DNA of 62,431 bases, filler included, from Collodictyon triciliatum (lineage: Eukaryota), in assembly GCA_043381765.1 (NCBI GenBank). It is 4 parts of 4 records of this genome, joined end to end, with 100 filler letters (N's around TTAATTAATTAA, not from the genome) between each part and the next. Parts side by side here need not be neighbours in the genome. Positions count along the whole stretch, not along the records: positions 1 to 24,498 come from JBHJMP010001082.1; 3 more parts are not named here. The stretch is one strand, 5' to 3'. Position 1 is the first letter of the stretch, and each line of letters begins with the position of its first letter. A model generated the notes under the pieces. The model saw only the letters and a list, made by a program, of their open reading frames with translations. It ran no database searches and was not told the origin of the DNA. Of the stretch, positions 1-18,400 are shown piece by piece. The position numbers and the translations under genes were made by a program.

Positions 1-464
1 ATCGCACTTTTTGATCGTGGTATATCAGCCACGAATGATCGATCGGGAGGTTCCGTTTCCCGATGCAAGCTCGACCCTGCACGAGGCTGACTGGCGCCAT
101 CATACTTCTGGTCTCACTGAAGTCCATCGATGGTTGAATTAAACCAGCCGAGGTCGAAGAGCACACTTGATGCAATATATGGTGATTTATAATTTGTCTG
201 TGTGATTTAATCGAATATATCGGTTTGATGCATGGCATTTTCCACATATTCGCTCTCCATCCCATTTTTCCATTATTTTTGTGTCACCTACCCACGTCTC
301 TTGCTTCAATACCTTAGCTTCGTTACCTTCGCTTAATTATCTTCCTTCATTAAGTTTGATTTGCTGCGCTTCTTCGCTAGTCATCCTCTGCCATCCTATG
401 CGCCGTCTTGTGTCCCTCCCACGCCGCATCATCTGCTTCCATTTTCGATAGTGACCGTTTTCCC

Positions 465-527
465 TATCATAGCACCCCAACTTCCGATAATACCAGACAA
501 ACAACGATGTATCATAGCACCCCAACT
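465..527 (+). repeat. 27-nt insert flanked by an 18-bp perfect direct repeat
   Basis: TATCATAGCACCCCAACT occurs at 465-482 and 510-527. The insert at 483-509 (TCCGATAATACCAGACAAACAACGATG) is identical to 24976-25002. Confidence 0.85.
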
Positions 528-1015
528 ACGTATACACCACAGGCCCATCTATCTATAGAAAGGTTTTTTTCCAAAAAAACTGCACTGGGAATAGGTTTGA
601 TACAAGGAACTTGGTGGAATTTCTGGTTTGTGATATGTTCAACCTTGCCCACATGAGTTTTTTTAGAGCGTAAAATGACTTAAGGATTTACTTTTCAGCA
701 AAATTGATTATGTGATTGTAATAATAAACAAATACATTTTTCTCTGGAACTCTACAATCTTCAGAACAGTAATGCTCAAAATGGATGTCAAAACAAGAGG
801 CATGAAGCACCAAAATATGGACGATAATTTCTGCTGTTTTCAATGTCCAGTAAAAGAAAGCACAACAAATTTGAGTATATAGTATTCTTCAGCTGTGTTT
901 GGTAATATCCGAATAGGACAGCAGTGAACGCCTTCATACACATATTTATCAATACGACTTTTCAAAATTGATATATAGAATCCTAGCGATAGAAATTATA
1001 CATGAATGATTATGA

Positions 1016-1101
1016 AACAAACAAACAAACAAACAAACAAACAAACAAACAAACAAACAAACAAACAAACAAACAAACAAACAAACAAACAAACAAACAC
1101 A

Positions 1102-1189
<88 letters not shown>
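1016..1189 (+). repeat. compound microsatellite (AAAC)n-(AC)n-poly(A)
   Basis: Directly visible in the sequence. Confidence 0.95.
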
Positions 1190-1192
<3 letters not shown>

Positions 1193-2268
1193 TTTGATTC
1201 ATGACTTCAATTTAATTTTACCAAAACAGCAATTTCCACTTGTGTAAAATTGCCTCTGGTAAATAAAGAATTGTCATGGCAAATAGTGTAGACAGCAGAT
1301 GATACGATGTTCCGTGCAGGAAATAGTAGATTCTGTTTAGTCGTAATCAAGCTATCATTATTTTTTTTTAAAACGAGAATAATATAGATAAATGCCGAGC
1401 TTGAGTTCATGTTAATATCGAAGAAAGTATCCATCTTTATTCTTCTACCTTGAAGAATAAACAACTTCGGTATTATCGCACGATTTTCTCCGATCGGTGT
1501 AAAAGCTTATAAGGCAGCACAAAAAAAGAGCTTATTCAAGCGCATAAAAGATGGTACCAAAATAAATATCTCCGACAAGTCATTTTTTCAAAAAGTCAAT
1601 ATTAAGACCCCAAAAAGAAATTTAAAATGATTTATTATTCATGGATGAATGAAGACTCACATGTTGAAAGACAGTAAAACAGAGAATATTAGGGCAAGAG
1701 TGGGGGATGACGATGCTGGGATGATAGAATTTCGAGTGGTATATATTCCGTATTCATTCTCAAGCGCGGCATCAAGAAACCTGAAGCTTTCCTTTTAAGA
1801 ACGAAATGATATTATTTTTTAGAATCATTTACTCGCTTTAATTTTTATGATTATGTATTCAAAAAAAAAACATCTATAAATGAGTCATATTTTCGAAAAA
1901 GAAACCCTTTAATTACCTTAGTGTCTCCACATCAACACCTTGAGCTAGAAAGAGTTCCTCCTTTTAGCCTTCTTGAATATCTTTCATAAATTTAGGTGCC
2001 TTCATTGAGGGCGAAGTCTTGTCTGATTGGATCGACTCCGAATCACCCGACGATGCCCCACTAAAATCACTGAATTGTTGTGAATGTTTTTCCTACAGAA
2101 TGTTCATTTGTAAGAGCCGGCCATTCCTTTGGGTAGTGGCATACTTTGTAGAGATTGTGGAAGATGTCGAGTTCACCTCGCTCGGATGAACTTGCTTTTG
2201 AACCTTTTACTATTTTTTCTCTTCATTTTTTTCTAGAATCAGAGTTGATATTCAATCATAATTAGTGA

Positions 2269-2294
2269 CTTTGAATTGAATAAAGGAAAAAAAA
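2269..2294 (+). mobile_element. ultra-short LINE 3'-tail insertion with a degenerate TSD
   Basis: CTTTGAATTGAATAAAGGAAAAAAAA is flanked by ATCATAATTAGTGA and TTCATTATTAGTGA, and matches 58458-58482. Confidence 0.7.
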
Positions 2295-3081
2295 TTCATT
2301 ATTAGTGAAGCCCAGCTAACGAATTTTCCTTGTTTATGGATTTTATGCTTTAAGGATAAAATGGAACTAGTAGATGGTCTTGTTGTATTTATGTCTTGTT
2401 GCCGGTGGTTCACATCAACCATACATAAAGTCAAACGCGTTTGTTTGCTATGACGAATGACCATAAGTAAGGATAGGTTGTTCGGTTACTACTCAATGGT
2501 CTCAGTCGCCCAAAAAAAAACACTTTTACATTTTTTTTCTTACTCTTTGATAATTCCAGGCTCATAAAAACGAGTTGACAGGGGAGGTTGTGCGGAGTAT
2601 TTTTTTTTTTTTTGGTTTCGACATATTTTGGGAGGAATAATGCGACTGAAACAAACTCTACGGAAATAATTCGTGAATGTGTCCAGGAAAGGATTTTTGT
2701 TTGGGAAGCCCAAAATTTACAACACAAATACAAATTAGGTATGGTCTACCAATTAATTTGATCACTTGCTTTTCTGATCGGGGTTCTGATTCACTGGGTT
2801 AAACATTTTCTGACGCGACGTATACAGAGCGCAGCGGCTGTTTTTTTCCCTTGAAGGACTCTTGAGATTCACTACAACAGAACAGATAAGCTAGCATCAA
2901 AGGGATCAAAAGTTGTCCTGAGCTGAAGTAAAGAATAGCAAAATGGTGCCGTTTCCTTTCTTTTTTTATTTTTATTTATTTAGGCCCTCCTTCCTTTCCT
3001 TTTCCTTTGCTTTCGCTCTTTGAGGCCTTTGGGGTCTTAGGTTGGAGAAGAAGGAAAAGAGGAAGAAAGAAAGGGGAAAAT

Positions 3082-8299
<5,218 letters not shown>

Positions 8300-8421
8300 G
8301 TGGGTGTACTGTTTGAGGCTACTTGAGTCACCTGAAACGCAACAGTTTCTTATTTTATTTTTATTCCCATCACAAAGAAAGAAAATAATCTTTACTGACT
8401 TGCATCATTCCGGACTTTATA

Positions 8422-8517
8422 AAACAAACAAACAAACAAACAAACAAACAAACAAACAAACAAACAAACAAACAAACAAACAAACAAACAAACAAACAAA
8501 CAAACAAACAAACAAAC
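8422..8517 (+). repeat. (AAAC)n microsatellite
   Basis: Directly visible in the sequence. Confidence 0.95.
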
Positions 8518-9760
8518 AACATCGTCCAAAGCTAAAGAAAATCGAATATTTTCGAGGGATTTCCCGTACTTAAAATGCATCTGCATAACGCGCGTCTTTG
8601 GACTTTCTCTTTCTTTGACGTTCGCACCAAAAGCACAAACCACAATGCGATGATATCATCCGGTATGAATACAGCCACATGCCAGCTCTCACAGCTCGTT
8701 TCCCACGCACTTGGTGATTATATTTACACATATTGATTGGATATCTCGAAAAGCCACTCGCTGTCTCGCTTCTAGTTCAGCACGACTGCATGGCTAACTT
8801 CTATCGGTGAGTTGTTTAATTTATAGATATCGTCGTGGTTGCAGATGTTGTTGGGGAGCGTGCGAGATGAAAGACGAGAATGAGAGGAGAGAAAGAGGGA
8901 GATGAGATGAAAGTCTGCAATGAGTGACGTTTGTAGGGCATTCGAGGGAAGTGGAAGGCGATTTGCAACAAGACGGGTGTGTGGGATGAACGAAACGGTA
9001 AGAAGAAGCGGGAATGGGGGATTGGGAGAGGATTGTTCGTGACGTGGTTGATAGGAGGGTTGACAGCAGCCAGGTCGTTGCAAGGGGTGGATGAGGGCAA
9101 AGCCGAATTAGCACGGGGGATTCGGCAAGGAATTACCAAGTATGTCCATGATATTTTTTATATGTGCTCTGTACAGGGATTTACAAACAAGCACAAGCCA
9201 TATACATATTCACAAGTGTTCCACAAGAGCGTCCCATTCAAGTAAATCGGTGAAACACAGCGTGTGGATGTGCAGCCAAGTGTAGGATTGTGAACGTATC
9301 TTTGTTTCTCTGATTATATGTTTTTTTGTAGAAGAGTTGTTTCAGGGTTGTAAGGTCTTGTCCAAGAAAACTGATATTGAGCAGCGGAAAATTGGCTATT
9401 GGAATTAATTAAAAAGAAAAGAAGAAAAAAAAGAAAAATGAACAAGAGACCAGGGAAGATATATATGTGGTGGCGAGTTATCAATGTAAATGATATTGTA
9501 AAATTTGGTGAAAGAGGGTGGAAAGCGAACGTTATTTTTTTTTTTTTTTTGGTTTTGCAAAATTGTCTAATGTCGTAAAGGATGACAAGAAATCGTTTAA
9601 GATGCCCAAGAATCGTCATGTCAGTGTGATTTCTGAAAAATAAAGATAAAGTAAGCGAATTTTTTTCTTTCCCAGTGATTTGAATGGTCCAGTTGCAGAT
9701 GTTAGGTTCTTCTGCTATTTGGGGACAAGGAAACTCGCCGATAGAGAGGAAGTAGCACTT

Positions 9761-12700
9761 TTAAGCAACTGCACCTTTTCCAAGAATCTTCTCCAATCGA
9801 GCCAGGATGTGTTTTCCATAATTGACCTTTTTCAAGAGTTGAATGTGCGGCTTGATATGGTTAATTAGATTATCGCGGAGCTGGGGCTCGCATACATCAA
9901 GAAGCTTCTGGACAACATAGTTTGCATACTGGTCCTTCATCATAATTTGAAGGGCGGTACTCCTGCCAAACAAGTCATGTTAGAATAACGATAGATTGGG
10001 ATGAGCGTTGATGAAAAAAATACTGCTGTGATAGTAGAGATAAATAATTTCTAAAGGAAGATTTACCCATCAGAGGTCTTGGTTGGAGCGAGAACCTCAA
10101 CTAGAATATCTTCTCTATCTTGGTTGGAACCATGTTGCACGCACTTTTCAACCACGTTGCTGCAAACGAGCAATTTAAGTGGGTTGTGTGTCAGTAAAGT
10201 GGACTACATGCAGCTTTCAAAACTCGCTAACAGAATCGCTTTTTGGACTAGGCCCTCCATGAAGGATTTGCAAAAGGGATATCATATTCTTGTATGGATT
10301 TTAAATGGCCGGTATACCTTGCAAACTTGTGTTGGCTCATCAAAACCATTTGGCCTTTCAGCTTTGAGAAAATCTTATATCGATCTTCTTGTTTTCCATG
10401 CTCCAGGATATGCTGGATGACATAGTTGCCGTACTGATCTTGAACAAGACTTGCAGTACATCGAAGGAGTTCTTGCATGATGGGTTCCTAATCATAGGTA
10501 GAATATGACTTCTTATTTCTTTTTTTTTTCAAAATCTTAAACTCTTTGGTTATGACTACATTCATCTTAGTTGTGAGTGTTTTTACATTAACAAAATAAA
10601 TGGTGAGAGCGTAATGGAAGACTAAAGTGTACCACTTGAAATGGGCTGCAATACTCCAGTATGCGTTGAATGACACGACATCCATAAGGATGTGTAGCCA
10701 AGACGTGGACTTGCCCGGTAAAAGCGTCGACGATAAACTGGATGTTTTTGGGTGGGATACGCTCTATACATTTTTGAATCACATGGTTTCCATTCTGATC
10801 TTTGACACATTTCAAAACGTTTCCATCCAATTCACGCACCAGCTCTTGTTGTTCAGGAAATTCAATAGATTCGATTGCCTTTCGAAAGAAGGGTGATATC
10901 AGTGGCTGTTGTTTGTTACTTTAATATGGATGCTAAACACAAAAAATAAAAAAAAAAAATATGGTACACCATTGTTTTCGAACTTCCTCATAGTTCTGAT
11001 TATAAATTTCGTTTTTTTTTTCCCTTGATTTTCCCCTTGATTCGATTCAAGAGAAGGGGTATATGCATTTTTTTCTTTGGTGAAGGAAGTTACCTTTTGT
11101 ACAACGCGGCATCCATACATTTGCAGAGACAAGACAAGAACCTGACCTCTTAACTCGTTCGTAAGGGCGCTCTTTTGGTCGGCTGTTCCTGTGATAGTCG
11201 TGAAATTAAGTTAATTAAATAGATCTTCGTTTATATCCGAACATTAGACCCATTCAGACTGTTTGTCAGGAGTGCATACCGCAAATCTATCATATCATTT
11301 TTTTGAATAGTTATGAAAACTCCTGATGTAAATAGTTACCATGCTCAAAAAACTTTTGAATAACATAATTCCCAAATACATCTTTCATGAGGTCGATTGA
11401 GCTTGGAAGAAGGCGCTGAAACACCATGTCCTTCTCTTCCATTGAAGCAGTTTCAAGTTTTTGTTGAATGAAACGAGAGCCATACTGGTCTTCGCAAAAT
11501 TCGACAACATTATCGACAATATCCTTTAATGGTTAAAAATCTTAGAAAACCCTCTCACTTTAATAAAAATATAGAAAGCCCGTTAAAAAGGAATTCATGG
11601 TATTCGTAGAATATGTCATACGCTCAGTTCGAACTTGCGAGTCTTGTTTAATCTGAACTCGTCAAGAAGGTTTCCACTGGCACCTTGCTGGCTTCCATCG
11701 ACCTTCGAGCGCCTTTCCACAGGCCTTCCGACTAAGGAATTCGAAAGGGTGCTCGGAGACGGACTTGCATACGGTGTGGAGGATTGCTTCTGTCTTTCGT
11801 TGAGAGAAATGGATCCTCTTTCATCACCCTTCAAGCCAGAGAATGGTGGAGAATCCGAGTTTTCTGGGTGTCCTGGAACGTAGCCAGCCCCACTTTTTTG
11901 ATACTCGGCGGCTCGATGGTTCCCGTCCCAGTACATCTGGCTGTATTCTTCATAGGATGCAGTGTGGGGGTAGTATGGCTGCGGTAGATTGCTTGTCATT
12001 TGCACCGCGCTGACGCCAACAGGCATCATGGCATTAACAGGTACTATACAATAGAAGAAAATATTCAGCAATCGGCACGGATAATTGAGTTTCATTTCTA
12101 GATAGAGACGCGCTGGTTGGACAAACCCATAGGGTGACCGACGTGAGGGCCATATCCCGCCATTCCTTGCATGTGTCCATAGTACGGATTTGCCGGACCA
12201 ACGGCAGGATATGCCATCGCACTAGGATGTCCGGGTTGAACCATGCTTGGAGCACCAGGCGCGGCCACATTTTGGTACTGGTGCATCGGATGCATCCCGC
12301 CAGGCCCGCCAACTTGTGGGAGATATGACTGGGCCGGGACACTATATGTGCCATTGTAGCCTGCTTCTTGTTGCTTGATGATGGAGGCTCCATACTGTGG
12401 TTGACCGTGATGGCCCATATTTTGGCGCGGGTGATATTCGGGTATGTTTGAGTATTTGGTGGGCTCATAGTGAGGTTGGTTGTGAGCTGTCTTGTGGTGT
12501 CTCATGTTATGGTGAGGAGGAAGGCTTGGATCGATCTGGGGTTGTTGCAGTGTTAAAAGCAAAGATAAAGACGAAAGAACGAGAAAGGGGGAATATAATA
12601 ATCGATGATAGGAAAATGTGAATACCCTCTGCTCGTTGAGGTGCATGTTCTGCATCTGCGCCTGTAAATCCCCGGTGGGGTCGTGCTGTGGCATGATGTC

Positions 12701-14302
12701 GTAGCCAGGGTTTGGCATGTACTGAGGGTACATGGATTGTTGATCGACATGGTTATCGTGTGTTTGATTATGTTGCTTCGCTCGTTGGGCTTGGTTTTGC
12801 ATCTGAGCGAGCTGATGTACTGGAGATGGCGTGCGAGGGAAGTCCGCTTGAATGAGATCAACAACCGATTTATTGCGTGGCGGAGCTCCTGTCTCGGGTT
12901 TTTGTGTGGGTTGCACTATACAACAAGAATATTGGATTGAGCATCATTTCAGAACAATGAAACATATACCCGATAAATTGCTATGAACTTAGCTAGATTA
13001 TTATTCCATTCATATATGCTGGCGAGCAGTTGGTGAGGATTCAAATGAGAAATACACACGTGGGTTCCATTCATCTGAGTCATTCAGCAGAGATTGTATG
13101 CTCGCTATGTTTCCACTAGAGTTTTGACCCATGGAGTCAGATGTATTTAGCTCATCGCTTGCGTTTCCTTGTGAGTCGAAGCTTTGAAGTTGGTCAATGA
13201 CTCTGGCTGGCGCTGGTTTCTGATTGTAGCAACATTTTCAGTTGCCGATATATAAGGCTTCAATAGATGATAATACGTTGAGGTTTCTTTTTTTTTTTTT
13301 TTTTTAATGAGATTGGCTTTAGAGATGGTCGTTTCCTTTCCTTTCCTTTCCTTACCATAGCCATGGGCTGGATGAGAGAGCTTGGTCGAAGCAATCCGTT
13401 TCCAAGCGAAGGATAATTGGTTGATTGAAGTTCTGCGATAGTTGTTGATTTCATAAGTAAACTGCCTTATGTTCTAGCATCTTCATAATGAAGAATTGAA
13501 AATCCATCGTTTTGGCAAAAGGACAACTAAATGATAAAAGTCCAACGAGATTGAGGGTTGTGTTTCGGTGTCTGTGATTATTTTGGTTCTGTGTTACGTT
13601 ACGGACAGGACGAGTGCGGAACTTACGCTCCGAGTTGATCTCCTGCGAAATCATTTGGTTCCATGGCGTCCATATGGGAGGAGGCAACCGCGGATTCTGG
13701 AGTCGATTCGCATAATAATAGCGGACATATTCAGGATCGGAGCGCAGATCCTGACTTGAATCGCCGCTGTTTCCGGGTCCAAAGGAAAAGCCCTGGCATA
13801 ATCAGGCAACCAAAAAACAAAAACAAAAGATAAATAAATCAAAACAAACGATAGAGATGGTGATCCAACTATAGAGCTTTATCTCAATATCTTTCTCTTA
13901 CTATTAAGTAATATTAAAAATAAATGAATTAATTGAAAGACACTGGGTTTTGTGGACACAAACAAACACATACACACACAAAAAGGAAAAAGAAAACTAG
14001 CATACATACAAATGTAAATGCGCAAAAGGCGGGGAAGATAAAGCGGCGTTGGCAAAGGCTTTGCTCACCTCGCCTGGCCCGAGCAGAGTCGGCGGAGCGC
14101 TTCCTGGGCGACTCTTGAGATCCGACCCCATCAGAAAACGGGCGGGCTGAGTCTTCCAAGCCGTGTTTGTGCCTGCAGAGGGAGTGGCACTCGCCAAAGA
14201 AAGGCCCTCGTCTTCGGCCAGAATGTCGCCGATCAGGTGCGACTCTTTGAACGACCCGGCCTGGCCGTGGAACAAGTCTGGTGTGGGATCGAGGCCATCC
14301 AT
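9761..14302 (-). CDS. PUM: Pumilio/PUF RNA-binding protein (PUM1/2, APUM1-6 type), multi-exon
   Basis: Eight PUF repeats with canonical recognition segments (SRFIQ, NYVIQ, CRVVQ, NHVIQ, CRVIQ, NYVIQ, SNVVE, NYVVQ) and a terminal [11 protein letters not shown]. The N-terminus has RPGSAPP and [17 protein letters not shown] motifs plus a Q/P/H-rich region. Confidence 0.93.
11011..11052 (-). mobile_element. diverged LINE-tail-like insertion in a Pumilio intron
   Basis: The minus strand reads TCTTGAATCGAATCAAGGGGAAAATCAAGGGAAAAAAAAAA, similar to the CTTTGAATCGAATAAAGG(A)n consensus. Confidence 0.45.
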
Positions 14303-15427
14303 CTCTGCTGGCCCTACGGAAGCGAGAAGGTTGGTTGCGGAGAGGATTTTGTCCTTTTATAACTTCTTTATTTTATTTTTTTACAGTTTGATTACGTCTT
14401 TGAATCACTGATTGTTGAGTTGTGCTGGTTTGTGTATGTAATATAGATGCCAGTTTGTTTGAGAGTTTGTTTTGACGTTGAGATGGCGGCGATGTGTGCT
14501 GCAACAGGAAAGGGAGTGGCTATTGGGAGTGGAAGAGGGGATCGAAGCGACAGGGGCCTTTCTGCCGGGAGGATGTTGCTCTTTGTAGTGTTGCGACGGG
14601 AAGGCAGGTTTTTCAAGGAATGAAAGAAGATGGGTGCTCGTTTGTACAGAGTATAGGTAATTAGAAAACACAACAATCAACTTAGGAACCGAAATAAAAA
14701 AAGAAGAGAAAGCCGAAAAAAAAAAGAGAAAAAGAAAGCCGAATGTTGTCAAGAAGGCCGTCTGCTTTCTTCACCAGGAATAAAGGAATCTGCCACTGGA
14801 TGCAGTCACACTCTCTTCAGGCCAAAACACTGGACCACCAAGCAAGAAGAATGGATGCTGGGTCGCATGTCATCCACTCGCGATTCCCAAAACACACCGC
14901 CATCAGATTCGCAGCTGCCTCAGCGACACAATGCGTCTCGATCACTTCAGCCCCTGATCACCCTCTGCTTTGTGCATCTGCTCCCAACCTTCCTCGACTC
15001 TCCCTCTCACTCTCTCGTCTGCCTCTGGCTCAGGCTGCCTGAACGACGCTACCAACACAGGATTCTCAGATCAGGCCGCCGCTGGATCCAATAACGTGCG
15101 CAGACTGCTCTCTTGGAGGTGATTTGTTTCGCTGTTATTTTCGGGGTATCGGTGTCGCGCCCATTCGGCACCGCAACGGACACATTCCTAATTTCAACCT
15201 GCATTTTGTACATTTCTGGAAATGCGACAGCCTGTCTGCCTGCTTGCGGCTGAGTCGCGCTCTGTGGGGCCGTGTCGATCAAAGCGGGTTGTTGTCTCCC
15301 TATGGCGTGTGCGGTAATGCAGCAGGAATGGCGCTGCAGAGATTAGTCTGGGGGATAAGGGGAGTCTGCTTCGCTTTTCTTCCGATTATTATTTTGTTTT
15401 ATTTAATCTTGTTCCATTCCAATCCAC

Positions 15428-18400
15428 TCATTGGACTGTGCATTTTCTATCGCGCTCTCTTGCTTTTTCTGCGGGTGATGATTCCTGTGGTGCCTCTGTG
15501 AGCTGTGCGTCGAGGAGAGGGGATGTGGCTGCGTTGGAATCGCTATCTTCGGAATGCTGCCAACACGCAAAGGGCGTGGATGTTGCGTTTTGTTCATCAT
15601 GTCTTTTCTTCGCCTCAATCCAGCTGGCTGCTTCCATTATCTCGGACTCTGCTACAGAGTAAGAATCCCAGATATCCGGTTGATCGATTTTTGACAATAT
15701 TTCACCATTTAGTCTCAAAGACCTGACCTTGTCGGATGTCTTTTTTGATACATGGCCACCTTTTTTCTTGAGATATTCAATCAGCTCATACTGATTCAGC
15801 TCCTTGGCATATTGCTTCGAGGAACCTGTCACGTCCTTCGACACATCTTCTTTGGATAGCAAAATCAGTTCTTGGGCTTCCTTAGCATCAATATGGTAGA
15901 ACTGGATCATGTCTTTTTCATTCAGGCGAGTGTGTATTTCGTCAACTCGGTCCCACGACTCATTCCCCATTTTTTCAGAGAGCTTTTCGCACCGCTGATC
16001 ACGCAAGAACTCAACCAGCTCTCCTCTATACATGTCCATCAAATTAGAGTATAGCCCCTTGGGTAGCAGATTTTCCATCTTTTCTCTTGATAATTCACCA
16101 ACGCTCTCTTTCAAGGAACTCAAATAGGATCGAATGGAACCCAGCTTAGGGCGCAGTTTGTAGTTTTGCCTGAAACACACAGAAATCAAATGAATGAACT
16201 CTTTGGGTATTTTTGCAGGAATAGGAGGTCGAAGTCCACGAAGAACAAAGCTTTGGGGCTGAGATTCGCCCAAGAAAGGCTCTACGCAAGCAAACATAAA
16301 CCAAACAAGTAGTCCATATGCATATACATTGCTGAGCTCACCACGATGCCCAATGTTGACACCATCCTCTCCATATTGTGCCTCATCATCGTAGTAAGGC
16401 TTACAGACTACTTCATGAATCTCGGGTGCTTGCCAATTAGATGTCCCATCCTGCTTCCACTCGCCATACATCGTGGGCAGGTGAGAACCCACTTTGTCAC
16501 CTCCTCGGCGATTCACAATTCCAAAATCAGCAATCTTGCATATGTTCTTATGGACCATGATATTCTCTGCTTTCAAATCTTCGTGATAAATTCCATTTGT
16601 ATGCATGAATGAGAGCCCCTGCTCGATCTGAATACAGAAATTAGTAATCTGCTGTAAAGATGGTTTCTTCTCAGCCCTGGACTCAAAAAGTTTCTTCAGT
16701 GATACACCTGCATTCTCCATAATCATGTAAAATTCATCCTCTCTTCGAAAGACTCCAAATAATTTGACGACGTTCTCACATTCACGGCATTCGTAAATTA
16801 GACGAGTTTCGGCTATAAGTGACTCTATTATGTCAGACAGTGGGATTTTATGTGTCGGCTGCACAGTTTGAATCTTCACGACAGCTTCTACCCCACCAAA
16901 ATTCGTGGTCTTGTAAACTCTACCGAAAGAACCACTCGCTATATATTCCAAAAGCTCCACCTGTTGGTCAATCCAAATATCATGCAGTTTACTATCAAGC
17001 GTCCCAACCTCAACAGATTCTAAACTTCCTAATCCTTTGCTAGATTTTTCTCTCTTTAGTCTAGACCGGAATACCTTTGACATACCTACGATAATTAGTA
17101 GTGTTATTTTTTATTTTTGTAATTTATAACAAACATGAACTATAGTTTATAAAAATCGAGAGAGGGAGTGCCGATTATAGAAATAAAAAAAATTTTTTTT
17201 TTACTAAACCAAGACAATTATTAAAAGTACCTTCTTCGAGGTAAACCCGGCCGTGTTTGAGTTTTTTCCATGCTAATGCATGGCCTTGAGAACAAATAAT
17301 AATTGTTGATTCATCACCAGCTTCAGACATATCAACATATCCAATATCTCTATTTTCTTTTCGGCATTCGAAACATTCTAGTTGGGATTTTCTAATAAAA
17401 CGAGGCCGGATGGATAGAATTTGTTTTCGAAGATAATCAAGTACTTTAAATATATCGATAAAATCCCTGATAGTCTCCTTGGCCTCGTATTTTCGAACTG
17501 TGATTTTGATGGCTTGTGTTTTAATTTCAATCAAAACTCTTAAATCTTCCCCGGGAATCAACCCAGGTAAACTCCTTAGCTCTTCTGTGGCATGATTTGT
17601 TGCGTATTCGCGCTGTTGTGGTGTTGACAAATACATCAATGTAAGGTTTCTATAGAATATATGTTCATATTGAATACCTGGGGTCGCTCTTCTTGTGAGT
17701 CGAATTGCCTGCGTTACTACATAGCTCTTATCTGATGACTGGAGTTCGCCATCACTCAGCAAATTGCATGATATTTCAGAAACACAGTTAGACTCTGGCT
17801 TGGAATTCCAAACCGTTTCGATATTTTGGCATTCCTCCATCAACGATGGGAATGCAATGCATTCTTTGTTGAAGCGTATCCCCAAGCCAAAGTGATCAAA
17901 TATTCTAAATATCAAGTCATAAACGTCCTGATCTATCTCAACATTTAATTCTCGGTTAATTTTTTGCTTTAGTTGGCCAATAAGTAATATCCCACTAGAG
18001 TTTTTTCCTAAACCCTTGAAGCTGAAAACGCATTTGAATATATTGATCAAGAAGAGAGGATCTAGGAAAACAATCCCACGCATCTGCTCATAAGCGGAGT
18101 ACCAAACAATTGAACCTAAATCATGTAAAAATTTTAATGCCGACCTGGAAGTTCTTTCAATCATTCCAATATTCTCCTTGGCGTAAGAAAATATTTGATC
18201 GGTAGATACGTATTTCACTTGGTTAGCTTTCTCTTCAAGGTATTCCTTTAGCTGTATGTAAGAAGACGGAATATCCTTATTGACATTGTCTAATTGAGTC
18301 ATCCCTTGGTAAATAACTTTCTTCAGCTCAGAGATCCCCTCTCCCGTTTCGTTGCTTATGTATAACTTTGTTCTTAAAAAGGTGTGCAAATGGTTTGCCT

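Larger units (their letters stand above)
737..2464 (-). pseudogene. possible degraded multi-exon gene, hydrophobic or membrane product
   Basis: GT-AG-bounded segments join in frame (…QGVDVETLR|FLDAALENEYGIYTTRNSIIPASSSPTLALIFSVLLSF; IYYFLHGTSYHLLSTLFAMTILYLPEAILHKWKLLF), but there is an in-frame TAA at 1964-1966 and other segments do not stay open. No family recognised; boundaries are approximate. Confidence 0.25.

Noticed and set aside
996-1247. ORF-track entries made of TNKQ, poly-K/F, KEKKR, YKTK, IILYY or poly-N repeats (also near 8.4, 22.6, 34.0, 45.5, 47.5, 54.9, 55.7 and 57.8 kb)
   Set aside because: These are translations of microsatellites in introns or intergenic DNA.
1964-1966. 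Stop-codon reassignment suggested by an in-frame TAA
   Set aside because: Conserved genes end at the expected positions with TAA (WDR59, Pumilio), TAG (WDR47) and TGA (MAPK), and their exons contain no internal stops.
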